Shown here: piece by piece, positions 53,977 to 63,012 of the stretch
Numbering within the stretch: position 1 is the stretch's first letter
Layout: every line of letters starts with the position of its first letter
Origin: a virus
DNA length: 64,000 nt
IMG/VR virus record: IMGVR_UViG_3300009181_000044
Location: 34,858 to 98,857 of that record
Strand: one strand, 5' to 3'
Program-made: the position numbers and the translations under genes
The notes under the pieces: model-generated
The model's input: the letters and a program-made list of their open reading frames with translations, nothing else
Database searches by the model: none
Told to the model about the DNA's origin: nothing

Positions 53977-54978
53977 CTAAGTCCTTAAAAGTTGTTGTGA
54001 CGCTATGTTTTTTTCTTTTGATTCACACATTATATCAGACACTGACCTAAATGTCAAGGCCCAAGTATTTACTGCCTGATTCCAGTAAAGATCACTATGA
54101 GCACGTAATTTAGTGCTAGTAAAACCCATTGACTTTAATGCAGCTAAGTCAGGTTTTGTTAGAGGATCATGATCTACAAGCACATCTTCGCGTGACACTG
54201 AGTAGTGAATTACAGGACGAACACCGCGCCATGATTCTGCTACAGCTTGTACTCTGTCGTCGTCAGGCTCAATGTATTCGCCTGTTGCAATCCAGTGATG
54301 ATGAATGTCTAGCACTAGTGCACAGTCGTGCATAAGCTCAAGGGAACTATCAAGACCCCAGGTATACTCAGCATTTTCAATGGTTAAGCAATTGCGGGCT
54401 TCGGGACTCAGCTTTTTTAAAGCAGCTTGAATTCCAGCAGGTCCGCGTTTACCGCCGATATGTACGTTGCACTTAAAGTCTTGAAATTGCTTACCATAGC
54501 CCATATATCTAATAAGGTCACAGTGGTACTCAAACTCAAGGATACTGCGATCAACAATTCCATCATTTTCACTCGCTAAAACGCAAAATTGACCTGGGTG
54601 GAAACTAAGTCGCACATCCAGGCTACGGGCTAGTTCACCAATCTTTGAAAGATTGGTTTCTAGAAATTGTACTACATCGGGTTCAAAATAAAACCACATC
54701 CAGTCATCATGTGTGTAGGCCGTCAGTAGATCCGAGGAGATACGGAACATACGTTGGCTTCGATCTAGACGACCTACCCACACAATTTGGTTATAGAGCG
54801 CACTCATGTTATGGCCCATCAAGTCCCAGAGACGAGCAACGGCTACGTCTTTAGTTTGCTTGTTGAGCCAAGTTATGGTTGTGCCCTTAGTATTCAATTT
54901 AGGGTCGGCAACGCCTTCGGACTTTTGAATCTTACAGGCAAAGCCAACACGAGAAATAGTTTGGTCAAAGCTATACAT
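53977..54978 (-). CDS. uvsE: UV damage endonuclease (UvsE/UVDE)
   Basis: 'RVGFAC', 'FRISS', 'RLSFHPGQF', 'TIEN', 'LDIHHH', 'HYS', 'AHSD' and 'IMCESK.K' motifs. Confidence 0.92.
   Translation of the reverse strand: MYSFDQTISRVGFACKIQKSEGVADPKLNTKGTTITWLNKQTKDVAVARLWDLMGHNMSALYNQIVWVGRLDRSQRMFRISSDLLTAYTHDDWMWFYFEPDVVQFLETNLSKIGELARSLDVRLSFHPGQFCVLASENDGIVDRSILEFEYHCDLIRYMGYGKQFQDFKCNVHIGGKRGPAGIQAALKKLSPEARNCLTIENAEYTWGLDSSLELMHDCALVLDIHHHWIATGEYIEPDDDRVQAVAESWRGVRPVIHYSVSREDVLVDHDPLTKPDLAALKSMGFTSTKLRAHSDLYWNQAVNTWALTFRSVSDIMCESKEKNIASQQLLRT
54029..54057 (-). promoter_or_regulatory. Consensus sigma70 promoter inside the uvsE 3' end, upstream of the main tRNA run
   Basis: TTGACA-17-TATAAT with extended -10 TG. 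Confidence 0.75.
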
Positions 54979-54979
54979 T

Positions 54980-55339
54980 TTATTGCCAAGTTTTATGTGC
55001 TTCAGCAACGTGCTCAAGACCATCATATTCTACAATATGCCAGTCTATGTTATCAGGAATCTCAACAATTTTAATACTGGCATAGTGTCCATTAGCAGCT
55101 TCGCCCAGCTGTTCAATAACCGCAATCAAGTCAGGGTCATTGCGATCACGATAAAAGTCGTAATGATTAATATAAGTAGCGTCTGAGTGTGGACGGCCTG
55201 CCAGGTAATAGTCACTACCTCTCCAGGCTTTTTCAGTGTCTACTACCTCAAATGCAATGTTTTTGCGTGTAAGCAGTGCTTCAAACGCTTGATCGCTAAT
55301 GCCAAATCCGCCAAAATCTGTGTTAATTGCTATTTTCAT
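54980..55339 (-). CDS. Hypothetical phage protein
   Basis: 'INTDFGGFGIS...RNDPDLIAVIEQLG...EYDGLE' pattern. Confidence 0.7.
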   Translation of the reverse strand: MKIAINTDFGGFGISDQAFEALLTRKNIAFEVVDTEKAWRGSDYYLAGRPHSDATYINHYDFYRDRNDPDLIAVIEQLGEAANGHYASIKIVEIPDNIDWHIVEYDGLEHVAEAHKTWQ

Positions 55340-55359
55340 TTTGTGTGCTTTATGTTAAG

Positions 55360-55443
55360 TGGTACCCCAGAGGAGACTCGAACTCCTACGCCTTGCGACA
55401 TTGGCTTCTAAGACCAACGTGTCTACCATTCCACCACCAGGGC
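55360..55443 (-). tRNA. tRNA-Leu(TAG)
   Basis: Type II cloverleaf with CCA. Confidence 0.92.
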
Positions 55444-55448
55444 TTTGA

Positions 55449-55646
55449 TTATTGTGTTTGTTTATATATTTTAATTGCGTCAGCATCTAGGGATGCATAT
55501 ACACGAAATTTGTCTCGGCCAACCTTGTCGTAGAATTCGGCAGTAATTGTTTCAAGATGCTCTAGTTGTTCGATTGTGATTAAATTACAAGCAATATATC
55601 TGCTCATAAAAGCATCAATTAAAAATTCTCGTGTATACGCACTCAT
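55449..55646 (-). CDS. Hypothetical protein
   Basis: RBS GGAG; promoter-like TTGCAT-18-TATAAT at 55699..55670. Confidence 0.6.
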   Translation of the reverse strand: MSAYTREFLIDAFMSRYIACNLITIEQLEHLETITAEFYDKVGRDKFRVYASLDADAIKIYKQTQ

Positions 55647-55713
55647 ATTATTTCTCCAAATCAGACTATATTATAGCCTGATTTAAGGACTTAATGCAAG
55701 TCTATAATTTTAT

Positions 55714-55788
55714 TGGTCCGGCGTAAGGGAATCGAACCCCTATTCGCACTTTAGAAGAATGCTGTCCTATCCATTGAACGAACGCCAG
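55714..55788 (-). tRNA. tRNA-Arg(TCT)
   Basis: Cloverleaf with CCA. Confidence 0.88.
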
Positions 55789-55792
55789 AAGA

Positions 55793-56215
55793 TTAATAGC
55801 CTAGTGGCTTAAATAATTGTGCTTCAAAGAAACTTTGTAGTTCAGGAGCCATGTACTCAAAGTTGTCTGGAATACTAAGCACAACTTGTTTTTGTTCAAT
55901 CTGTTCTAGAAGGTCTTTGTGACCTACAAAATTGCTTTCCAACTGCCACAAGTTTTCTTTGTTAACAAATACAATCTTGTCAGCCCAGTTAATTAGGTTA
56001 GCGCTACAAGGTACTAACGCATAGTTAAAATTTGAGCCACATGAGCGACTGTTGATACCATGTTTGACAGCGAGTGCAGCGCCGGTTGGGCTTCGCAAGA
56101 GACCAGCGCTGCACACAAAAAGCCAACGAGAACGGCTAGTTTGATATGGGTTGCTGTATGGGGCATTAGTTTGAAAGATTGCGGCATTTTTTGTTCCAGC
56201 GCTAAATTCTTGCAT
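55793..56215 (-). CDS. Low-molecular-weight protein tyrosine phosphatase-like protein
   Basis: 'LFVCSAGLLRSPT' CX5R loop; 'WADKI'; 'IPDNFEYM.PEL'. Confidence 0.8.
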   Translation of the reverse strand: MQEFSAGTKNAAIFQTNAPYSNPYQTSRSRWLFVCSAGLLRSPTGAALAVKHGINSRSCGSNFNYALVPCSANLINWADKIVFVNKENLWQLESNFVGHKDLLEQIEQKQVVLSIPDNFEYMAPELQSFFEAQLFKPLGY

Positions 56216-56276
56216 TTTGTTCTCTTTGTTTAAAATATTATTATACACTATTGTAAACAATTAAACAAATTGATTT

Positions 56277-56510
56277 TTATAATCCTGCAATTTGTTCACA
56301 GACTTTACATATAGGATTACCATCTAAGTCTTCAATAGGCTTAGTTGTCCAAATATTGCAGTGTGAACACTGATCTATGTGCTGTTGCAGCAGATCGTAA
56401 TCTAGTCTATCAGTGTCTATGTTAGCATCCGCACACAGCTGTGCCAGGCTTTTTCGCGTACCATTTAAAAGTTTAGTTAACTCTAGGTACTGGGGGTTTA
56501 TATCTGTCAT
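56277..56510 (-). CDS. Zinc-finger protein
   Basis: CSHC...CKVC. Confidence 0.6.
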   Translation of the reverse strand: MTDINPQYLELTKLLNGTRKSLAQLCADANIDTDRLDYDLLQQHIDQCSHCNIWTTKPIEDLDGNPICKVCEQIAGL

Positions 56511-56907
56511 CTAGGTGTTGGTGAGTTTTCTCAAACTCCAGTAAAAACATAATGCAGCAAGCTGCATGAGCAAGGTGTGACAATCCTGACTCAGGGTCTT
56601 TGTCTTCACCATCATTAAAAGCTGTAATATGTCTCATGGCTGCACTTAAGGGTCGTGACCACGTAAACCCATCACGCCAGTTGTGTGCGGCGTACTTTTG
56701 TGCACCAAATGCTAATACAGCTGCTGTTTGGTTCATGGCTTCAGTACTTAGTAGGTGAAGCGGTAATTTGTTTTCGTCAAACTTTATGGCAGTTGCTGCT
56801 AGTTTGCCAACTATAGCTTCAAGTTCAAGTTGTTGTTTGATTTCAGGATAATCATCCAAGGTGCTTCCACCGCCATGATCACCATATTGTTCGTCTAGTT
56901 TAGGCAT
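56473..56907 (-). CDS. dATP/dGTP diphosphohydrolase (DUF5664-like)
   Basis: 'KFDENK', 'FGAQKYAAHNWRDG', 'AAMRH' and 'DPESGLSHLAHAAC' motifs. Confidence 0.85.
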   Translation of the reverse strand: MPKLDEQYGDHGGGSTLDDYPEIKQQLELEAIVGKLAATAIKFDENKLPLHLLSTEAMNQTAAVLAFGAQKYAAHNWRDGFTWSRPLSAAMRHITAFNDGEDKDPESGLSHLAHAACCIMFLLEFEKTHQHLDDRYKPPVPRVN

Positions 56908-56938
56908 ATTAAAAGTAGTATTATAAGGTTAAGTATAT

Positions 56939-56967
56939 ATTATACCCTAAATCCAAATATTTTTCAA
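56939..56967 (-). promoter_or_regulatory. sigma70-like promoter
   Basis: TTGAAA-17-TATAAT. Confidence 0.7.
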
Positions 56968-56969
56968 CT

Positions 56970-57155
56970 TTATTTTTGCTTTGGTTTTAGCAAAGCAGGT
57001 AATTCAGCTTTTGTCTTTATTTGTTTTAATAACTCTGGATTAATACTTAAATTATCAGGATTTATACCTTTTTCTTTGCAGTGTTTATAATACACTGGTA
57101 AAAGAGTGTCTAGGATTAAAACTTCTAATTGCCTGATATAGCTTATATTTGACAT
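56970..57155 (-). CDS. Hypothetical protein
   Basis: RBS GAGG; MSNISYIRQLE... Confidence 0.55.
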   Translation of the reverse strand: MSNISYIRQLEVLILDTLLPVYYKHCKEKGINPDNLSINPELLKQIKTKAELPALLKPKQK

Positions 57156-57174
57156 GGTGTACCTCGTAACGACT

Positions 57175-57289
57175 ATTATATACGATAAGCAAATATTTTT
57201 CAATACAGTATTTTTTGTGGTTTGGCGCAGCCCTGCCAAAAGGCAACCAAAAATTTTGACTTGCCAAGCTGTGGTTATTGTTATATAAT
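57175..57289. promoter_or_regulatory. Divergent promoter pair at the strand switch
   Basis: Minus strand TTGAAA-17-TATAAT (57203..57175); plus strand TTGCCA-17-TATAAT (57261..57289). Confidence 0.75.
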
Positions 57290-57316
57290 TAACGATTGTT
57301 CCTAACAGGAGAAACT

Positions 57317-57778
57317 ATGAATAAGCTAAAATTATTAGTGTATTCTACGTTGCTTGTTTTTTGTACTACTATTGGCACGCCTGCTATTAGTCGCCCTAAA
57401 ATTCAGGCTTTTCATAAAACGGATCTAAACTGCCTAGCACATAATATTTACCACGAAGCACGAGGTGAACCAATTGAGGGTCAAATTGCTGTTGCACTAG
57501 TAACTACTAACAGAGTACTTAGTGGGCTATTTGGAAATACCGTATGTGCAGTAGTTTATGCTAAACAACAATTTAGTTGGACAGACGACCCAACTAAAAC
57601 TATTGTAGATGCTAAGGCATTTAAAGCGGCTAAAGAAATAGCTGCTGGAGTATTAAGTCAAACTATACATTTGCCTGATTTTACTGCTCTTTATTTTCAC
57701 AATAAAACTGTAAGACCACAATGGCGAAAAAATAAACTATTAGTTGCCCAAATTGGTAACCACGTATTTTATAAGTAA
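57317..57778 (+). CDS. Cell wall hydrolase, SleB/Hydrolase_2 family
   Basis: 'CLAHNIYHEARGE...GQIAVA.V..NRV', 'QFSW' and 'IGNHVFY' motifs. Confidence 0.9.
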   Translation: MNKLKLLVYSTLLVFCTTIGTPAISRPKIQAFHKTDLNCLAHNIYHEARGEPIEGQIAVALVTTNRVLSGLFGNTVCAVVYAKQQFSWTDDPTKTIVDAKAFKAAKEIAAGVLSQTIHLPDFTALYFHNKTVRPQWRKNKLLVAQIGNHVFYK

Positions 57779-57780
57779 TA

Positions 57781-57823
57781 AAAAGCACAATAAGCTCTTA
57801 AAAACAGGCTTGTTGTGCTTTTT
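57781..57823 (+). terminator. Intrinsic terminator overlapping the next promoter
   Basis: AAAAGCACAATAAGC...GCTTGTTGTGCTTTT; TATAAT at 57833. Confidence 0.7.
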
Positions 57824-57861
57824 GTTTTGTGTTATAATATTAGCATAAAACAGGAAAAATT

Positions 57862-58617
57862 ATGAAAATCAGATTACTATCAGACCTACATACAGAATTT
57901 AGACTGCCGTACAAAACTGCTGATTTTGCAGAGTATCGGGGCGAGGATGTGCTCGTCCTGGCAGGAGACATTGCGTCAGGCAGTACTAATGTTATGGACG
58001 TAATTAAGTTTTTTAAAGCACAAGGATTTCCTAACATTGTTTATGTTCCTGGTAACCACGAATACTATGGTGGTAACTTTACAGAATTCAATGAAAAAAT
58101 GCAGGACAAGTGCGATCGCTGTGCTAATGTGTACTACTTAAACCCTGGTCAAGTAGAAATTGATGACGTGTTGTTTGTTGGTGGTACACTTTGGACTAAC
58201 TTTGCAGACAGCCCCACTAGTCAGTGGCACGCTAAACGCAGTATTAATGACTTTAAAATTATTAAAAATTTTGGAGTTAATGTTGCGTATGACACTTACT
58301 ATCAGCACGTAGACTTTATTAAAACAGCTTACGAAGCTCGTAATAACCGTAAAGTTGTAGTTGTTACTCACTTCTTACCTGCACGCGAGTGTATTGCACC
58401 TCGTTGGCAAGGGCCGGACTTACTAAATGATTACTTTGCTAATAATCTTGGGGAATATATTAGTGGTATGTCGGATACTACATGGCTATTTGGACATACA
58501 CACGATGCTACTGCAATTGAGCTTGGTACTACTCGTGTTATCGCAAACCCTCATGGCTATTATGGGGCCGTGAACGACGGTGTTGGTTTTGATCCTTTTA
58601 AAACAATTGAAGTATGA
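57862..58617 (+). CDS. Metallophosphoesterase
   Basis: 'SDLH', 'LAGDI', 'GNHEYY', 'THFLP' and 'GHTH' motifs. Confidence 0.88.
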   Translation: MKIRLLSDLHTEFRLPYKTADFAEYRGEDVLVLAGDIASGSTNVMDVIKFFKAQGFPNIVYVPGNHEYYGGNFTEFNEKMQDKCDRCANVYYLNPGQVEIDDVLFVGGTLWTNFADSPTSQWHAKRSINDFKIIKNFGVNVAYDTYYQHVDFIKTAYEARNNRKVVVVTHFLPARECIAPRWQGPDLLNDYFANNLGEYISGMSDTTWLFGHTHDATAIELGTTRVIANPHGYYGAVNDGVGFDPFKTIEV

Positions 58618-58790
58618 TTACACCAGAAACATTAATGGCTAAATTAATTGAAGTGTACGGGGATAATTTAGCGGACGCTGATCATTATCCTGTACAATTC
58701 AATCATCAAGCTAAAGTACAGCTTTATTATATGCGTATGTCGGAGGCACAGAATGTATCAACTGATATTATTGACTTTACTAGCAACTAA
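58614..58790 (+). CDS. Small hypothetical protein (58 aa)
   Basis: ATGA overlap; MITPETLMAKLIEVYGDNLADADHYPVQF... Confidence 0.45.
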   Translation: MITPETLMAKLIEVYGDNLADADHYPVQFNHQAKVQLYYMRMSEAQNVSTDIIDFTSN

Positions 58791-58947
58791 CGGCAACCTT
58801 GAAATACATCAGACTAAGTTGGAAAGTTTTTATACTTTAACAGAATGTCAAGGTTTTAAGACTGCCATAGAAAGCAAAATACTACTAAAACTAAATCAAA
58901 ATACTACTAATGCCATAGTAATGTTTGAATGCAGACGAGAAATATAA
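58753..58947 (+). CDS. Small exported protein
   Basis: Hydrophobic N-terminus and a Cys pair; RBS GGAGG. Confidence 0.5.
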   Translation: MYQLILLTLLATNGNLEIHQTKLESFYTLTECQGFKTAIESKILLKLNQNTTNAIVMFECRREI

Positions 58948-59156
58948 TGATTAAAACTATAATTCACTGTGACAAATGTGACGGCACTGATGTACTACAC
59001 GAACTTAAACGCCAGCCTGTTCAAGAACAGCACAAAACTATGTCAGAACTAATGGAAGATTCCAAGAAAATGCAAACTACGCATGGAGTTTACTATTATG
59101 CTTACTGGATTTTATTGTGCAAAGACTGCGGACACAGATTGGAGTACTATGTATAG
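58947..59156 (+). CDS. Zinc-ribbon protein
   Basis: CDKC...CKDC. Confidence 0.55.
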   Translation: MIKTIIHCDKCDGTDVLHELKRQPVQEQHKTMSELMEDSKKMQTTHGVYYYAYWILLCKDCGHRLEYYV

Positions 59157-59430
59157 CCAACAACATACTTACTATAACCAACAATTAGCAAAAATACGTA
59201 GAGGTGGTAGCCATCACTATGCTGAAATACTTGACTCTATTGGTGGTCTTGGCAGTTATAACCTTGGCCCTGTTAGTCCACCAGTTGTAATGTTTGGTCA
59301 AGACGATGACCCGCACTACACACAATACTTGCAAAACTGGCAAGAAGTCGATGCGCTTGTTAACAATATACTTGCTGCTGCTGAAAAGGCTTGGGGGCCT
59401 AACACTATTACTAATAACACAACAACCTAA
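59149..59430 (+). CDS. Hypothetical protein
   Basis: RBS GGAG before MYSQQ. Confidence 0.55.
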   Translation: MYSQQHTYYNQQLAKIRRGGSHHYAEILDSIGGLGSYNLGPVSPPVVMFGQDDDPHYTQYLQNWQEVDALVNNILAAAEKAWGPNTITNNTTT

Positions 59431-59432
59431 AT

Positions 59433-60080
59433 ATGACGCAACAAGTTAACATTTCCTGGGCAACGCCCGATATTGACAATAAAATTGCTTACATTGCCCG
59501 AGTAAGCAATCCCAGCAATCAAGACAACCCTAACATTGCCGGACTACTTAAGTACATGGTTACTCATGGTCACGTTAGCCCATTTGAAATGGCTAACGTA
59601 TGCTTGGAGATTACCACTACTAGAGATATTGGGCGTCAAGTTCTTAGACACCGCAGCTTTAGTTTTCAGGAGTTTTCGCAGCGTTATGCAGCCGTGGACG
59701 ACTTGGGCGAGTTTGTGGAACGTGAAGCACGACTACAAGATGTAAAAAATCGTCAAAACTCCTTGGAGACTGAAGACTTACAATTACAAGCATTTTGGCA
59801 AGAGCGTCAATTACGAGTAATTCGTGAAGCTAAAGCAGCCTACGACTGGGCATTACACGCGGGCATTGCCAAAGAACAGGCCCGAGCTGTCCTGCCTGAA
59901 GGATTAACTCCTTCTAAAATGTACATGAATGGCACTATTCGTAGTTGGATTTTTTATCTTCAGCAACGCTTAGACCCAACTACTCAAAAAGAACATAGAG
60001 AGTTGGCAGAGTTGATTTTAAAAGAGTTGATACAAATTGCGCCAATTACTTTCAAAGCATTCTTTTCAAGAGAAGCTTAA
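59433..60080 (+). CDS. thyX: Flavin-dependent thymidylate synthase
   Basis: 'GHVSPFE', 'RHRSFSFQEFSQRY' and 'EQARAVLP' motifs. Confidence 0.95.
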   Translation: MTQQVNISWATPDIDNKIAYIARVSNPSNQDNPNIAGLLKYMVTHGHVSPFEMANVCLEITTTRDIGRQVLRHRSFSFQEFSQRYAAVDDLGEFVEREARLQDVKNRQNSLETEDLQLQAFWQERQLRVIREAKAAYDWALHAGIAKEQARAVLPEGLTPSKMYMNGTIRSWIFYLQQRLDPTTQKEHRELAELILKELIQIAPITFKAFFSREA

Positions 60081-60206
60081 ATCTATTCTAGAATTTTTAT
60101 TACTATCACCACTATACGCAGCACTTGCGTTAATGTGGTTAGGAATTATGCCTGCCATATTTTATGGAATGGGCAAAGCACTACTTATTTATATTTGGGG
60201 ATTATT

Positions 60207-60392
60207 ATGACAGGATTTCAAAGCAAAAAGATGATGGCCCAAAGTCGAATTGTTGAGTTAATCGAAGATGGTGAAGACTTAATTCTTCCTTTAGGCGACG
60301 AAATATTTGACGAACTTGGCTGGCAGGTAGGAGACACTGTAAACTGGTCAGACAATGGTGACGGGTCTTGGACTGTTAGAAAGGTACTATGA
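60207..60392 (+). CDS. AbrB/MazE-like DNA-binding protein
   Basis: 'DLILPL...ELGWQVGDTV'. Confidence 0.65.
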   Translation: MTGFQSKKMMAQSRIVELIEDGEDLILPLGDEIFDELGWQVGDTVNWSDNGDGSWTVRKVL

Positions 60393-60745
60393 ATGTTATA
60401 TTGTATACTATAGACTTTGAGCCGCTAACTGTTTTAGAACTGCCAATAGACGTTTTAGAAAAAATGGAAGTGGAAGGAGCACTAAAAATAATAGTTGCTA
60501 AACCTCCTAAAACTATGAGCGAAGGTACCCTTACTTTCCCTATGCCAGAAACAATCACAATCTACTGTCAAAAAATGCGGTGGTTAGATAGCTCAATTAA
60601 AACCATTTTATTTACAGAAGACGAAGAGTTAGCATTAGCTATTAAACCTAGTTGGCTTCCTGGTCAAACAGCCAATGTGCAGCACTACAAAAGCACTATT
60701 AAACATTTAAACGAACAAATCATAAGAGTAATGAGAAAAAATTAA
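60389..60745 (+). CDS. Hypothetical protein
   Basis: ORF with ATGA overlap. Confidence 0.6.
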   Translation: MNVILYTIDFEPLTVLELPIDVLEKMEVEGALKIIVAKPPKTMSEGTLTFPMPETITIYCQKMRWLDSSIKTILFTEDEELALAIKPSWLPGQTANVQHYKSTIKHLNEQIIRVMRKN

Positions 60746-60746
60746 C

Positions 60747-60775
60747 TTGAGTAGCCTGTCAATAAATTGTATAAT
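60747..60775 (+). promoter_or_regulatory. sigma70-like promoter
   Basis: TTGAGT-17-TATAAT. Confidence 0.65.
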
Positions 60776-60799
60776 AATTCATTGATTAAAGGAAATATT

Positions 60800-61006
60800 A
60801 TGTTTAATTGCGTAAATTGTGGTGAAAGTGTGGCTAGCGCTCGCTGGCGGCTTGGCTTTCATCGTTGTTTAGACTGCGGAGAAAAACACGCCAAAGCCTA
60901 CAAACACACGATTGTGCCAATGCACAAGTCTAACTACGTTCCCATATTTAACTTAGCTGATTTAGTTGGCATCAACTCAAAAAGCGGAAACCACACGTAC
61001 CTTTAA
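60800..61006 (+). CDS. DksA/TraR-type C4 zinc-finger protein
   Basis: CVNCGE...ARWRLG..CLDC. Confidence 0.6.
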   Translation: MFNCVNCGESVASARWRLGFHRCLDCGEKHAKAYKHTIVPMHKSNYVPIFNLADLVGINSKSGNHTYL

Positions 61007-61007
61007 A

Positions 61008-61211
61008 ATGAATATTATCAAACCAGGAACCCCTGTATGGGTTATGTATCAAGCCGAGAATCGCTCAGGCCGTGTTACCGGCGGAAAGTTTCAGTCAGAC
61101 AAGTTCAGGTATGAAGTTGTACTTGATGAGCCTATTGAACTACGCTGGAGACCTTCAGTGGTTAAATCAATTTTTGTTTGTCAAGAACTTGTAGAGGTTA
61201 AAAATGATTGA
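61008..61211 (+). CDS. Hypothetical protein
   Basis: ORF in an early-type gene run. Confidence 0.5.
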   Translation: MNIIKPGTPVWVMYQAENRSGRVTGGKFQSDKFRYEVVLDEPIELRWRPSVVKSIFVCQELVEVKND

Positions 61212-61410
61212 ACTAGTTATTAAATGTGAAAGTTTAGAAGAAGCCAGCACTTATCTTAGTGCACAGCAATACTTAAATTTGTTACAAGACTTTTATAGTG
61301 CGCTGCGTAATTCTCGTAAACACGGGTCAGACGCCGATGTACTTAAAACAGTTGATATGTTTATGCCTGACCTAATTGCTGCTATTGCACACAACGAAGG
61401 AGCCTACTAA
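61204..61410 (+). CDS. Hypothetical protein
   Basis: RBS GAGG. Confidence 0.55.
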   Translation: MIELVIKCESLEEASTYLSAQQYLNLLQDFYSALRNSRKHGSDADVLKTVDMFMPDLIAAIAHNEGAY

Positions 61411-61733
61411 TGAAACGCGAACAATTTAACTTAGACCGTGAGTTTATTAAATGGTTTTACGAAGAACAGTACCCTGAACAGGGCAGCAATCGTTGCCAAG
61501 TTCATACAGTAAGTGATTTTTCTATTACCAATATTGATACTCGCGACTACTGGATGCGTCAAGCGTTCAAAGCAGGTGCTGAGTCAATGTGGTCAGATGT
61601 TAACTATACTCTGGCACAATACGCTTGTGCTTGTGAAGGGTTAGACCCTGAAATGGTAACTCCATCAGAAGTATATGATCGTGCTCGTGAAAGCTTGCAC
61701 AACTATGTTAACGAACAACTAGAACTATTTTAA
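61410..61733 (+). CDS. Hypothetical protein
   Basis: Coupled ORF. Confidence 0.55.
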   Translation: MKREQFNLDREFIKWFYEEQYPEQGSNRCQVHTVSDFSITNIDTRDYWMRQAFKAGAESMWSDVNYTLAQYACACEGLDPEMVTPSEVYDRARESLHNYVNEQLELF

Positions 61734-61744
61734 GGATATAAAAA

Positions 61745-62395
61745 ATGAAAGTTGTAATTGGCCCCTACAAAAGCTGGATTGGCCCTTACCAGATTGCCAA
61801 TGCGCTTTGCTTTTGGGTTAAACCCATCAAGGATAAGTATGGTATGTCTGATAAGCCTGACTGGGTACACGACTTTGGTACTTGGTTGAGTGGCGGGGAA
61901 AACGGCGAATCTTGGCTGCTTAAAGTGTGTCAGTGGATTGAAAGCAAGCGTAAGCGTCGTGTCTATGTTAAGATTGACAAGTACGATACTTGGTCAATGG
62001 ACCACACTTTGGCATACATGATTGTGCCTATGCTTAAACAGCTGAAAGCTACCAAGCACGGTGCTCCCAGTGTAGATAACGAAGACGTGCCTAGCCCACT
62101 ACGTAGTACAGCACCTGGTGCTCGTGATCGTTGTGAAAATGACTGGGACATTGACGACAACCACTTCCATCGTTGGAACTACGTCTTGGACGAAATGATC
62201 TGGGCTTTTGAACAGCAACTTGATGACACTGCTGAAAACCAGTTCTATGATCATGGCGAAAAGATTGCTGGTGAAAGCATCATGGATTCTGTTGAACGCT
62301 TGAAAGTTGATGACGCAGGTCTCAAAGCTTGGGCAGACCGCAAACAGAACGGCTATCGCTTGTTTGGCAAGTACTACGAAGCCCTATGGGACTAA
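61745..62395 (+). CDS. Hypothetical phage protein
   Basis: 'IDKYDTWSMDHTLA.MIVPMLKQLK...LFGKYYEALWD' pattern. Confidence 0.7.
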   Translation: MKVVIGPYKSWIGPYQIANALCFWVKPIKDKYGMSDKPDWVHDFGTWLSGGENGESWLLKVCQWIESKRKRRVYVKIDKYDTWSMDHTLAYMIVPMLKQLKATKHGAPSVDNEDVPSPLRSTAPGARDRCENDWDIDDNHFHRWNYVLDEMIWAFEQQLDDTAENQFYDHGEKIAGESIMDSVERLKVDDAGLKAWADRKQNGYRLFGKYYEALWD

Positions 62396-62396
62396 C

Positions 62397-62543
62397 ATGA
62401 TTATATTTTTTATACTAACCTTTGTGGTAGTAATAGCACTGTTTTTGCAGAAGCAAAAAATGCCACCTGCTCCACCCCCACATCAACCGCCAGTGAAACT
62501 CAATGAAGCTAGCTGGCCTTTTCCACCTGCAAAGAAGCCGTAA
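62397..62543 (+). CDS. Small membrane protein with Pro-rich tail
   Basis: TM followed by 'WPFP'. Confidence 0.5.
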   Translation: MIIFFILTFVVVIALFLQKQKMPPAPPPHQPPVKLNEASWPFPPAKKP

Positions 62544-62732
62544 ATGTACTTATTTAGAGAAACAGCAGAAAAAATCCTGTACGTTATGAATCAGTTGCCA
62601 GAGCATGACGCATTTTACATGGAAGTGACAGAGAGTGGTATTGGCACCTTAGTTACCCTAGAGGTCGACATTGTTCATAAGACCCTACCTGGCAAGTTTA
62701 GGGTCGAGGTTCAAGGCACAGAGAATTGGTAA
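62544..62732 (+). CDS. Hypothetical protein
   Basis: ORF. Confidence 0.55.
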   Translation: MYLFRETAEKILYVMNQLPEHDAFYMEVTESGIGTLVTLEVDIVHKTLPGKFRVEVQGTENW

Positions 62733-62737
62733 TTAAC

Positions 62738-62772
62738 AAAGCCCTCAAAGTTTTAGACTTGAGGGCTTTTTG
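62738..62772 (+). terminator. Intrinsic terminator overlapping the next promoter
   Basis: AAAGCCCTCAA...TTGAGGGCTTTTT; TATAAT at 62783. Confidence 0.75.
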
Positions 62773-62811
62773 TTTTTTGTGTTATAATTGTTTTATTAAC
62801 AGGAGAGTACC

Positions 62812-63012
62812 ATGAATTTTGAAAAACGAAAAAGCGTATACACTGAACTTAACGACTACTGCCACCATGCCAAGAAACACGAAGTCATCGAAATCACAGA
62901 GTGGACAAACGGTGAAGGCTGGGACATTGCCATAGGTGACAAACACATCGCGTTGACCATGGGCGAACTGCAAGCCATTGAAGTCTTAACCAAAGTTGCA
63001 CACCCAAAATGA
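62812..63012 (+). CDS. Hypothetical protein
   Basis: RBS AGGAG; 'ITEWTNGEGWDI'. Confidence 0.6.
   Translation: MNFEKRKSVYTELNDYCHHAKKHEVIEITEWTNGEGWDIAIGDKHIALTMGELQAIEVLTKVAHPK

Noticed and set aside
47683-55533. ORF-track entries overlapping tRNAs (e.g. 47683..47868, 49586..49801, 50690..50872, 51011..51342, 52478..52678, 55327..55533)
   Set aside because: Shadow ORFs over tRNA genes with no RBS or protein-like features
46929-55788. Stop-codon recoding or suppressor tRNAs
   Set aside because: No CTA, TTA or TCA anticodons; conserved genes are intact in the standard code and use TAA, TAG and TGA as stops
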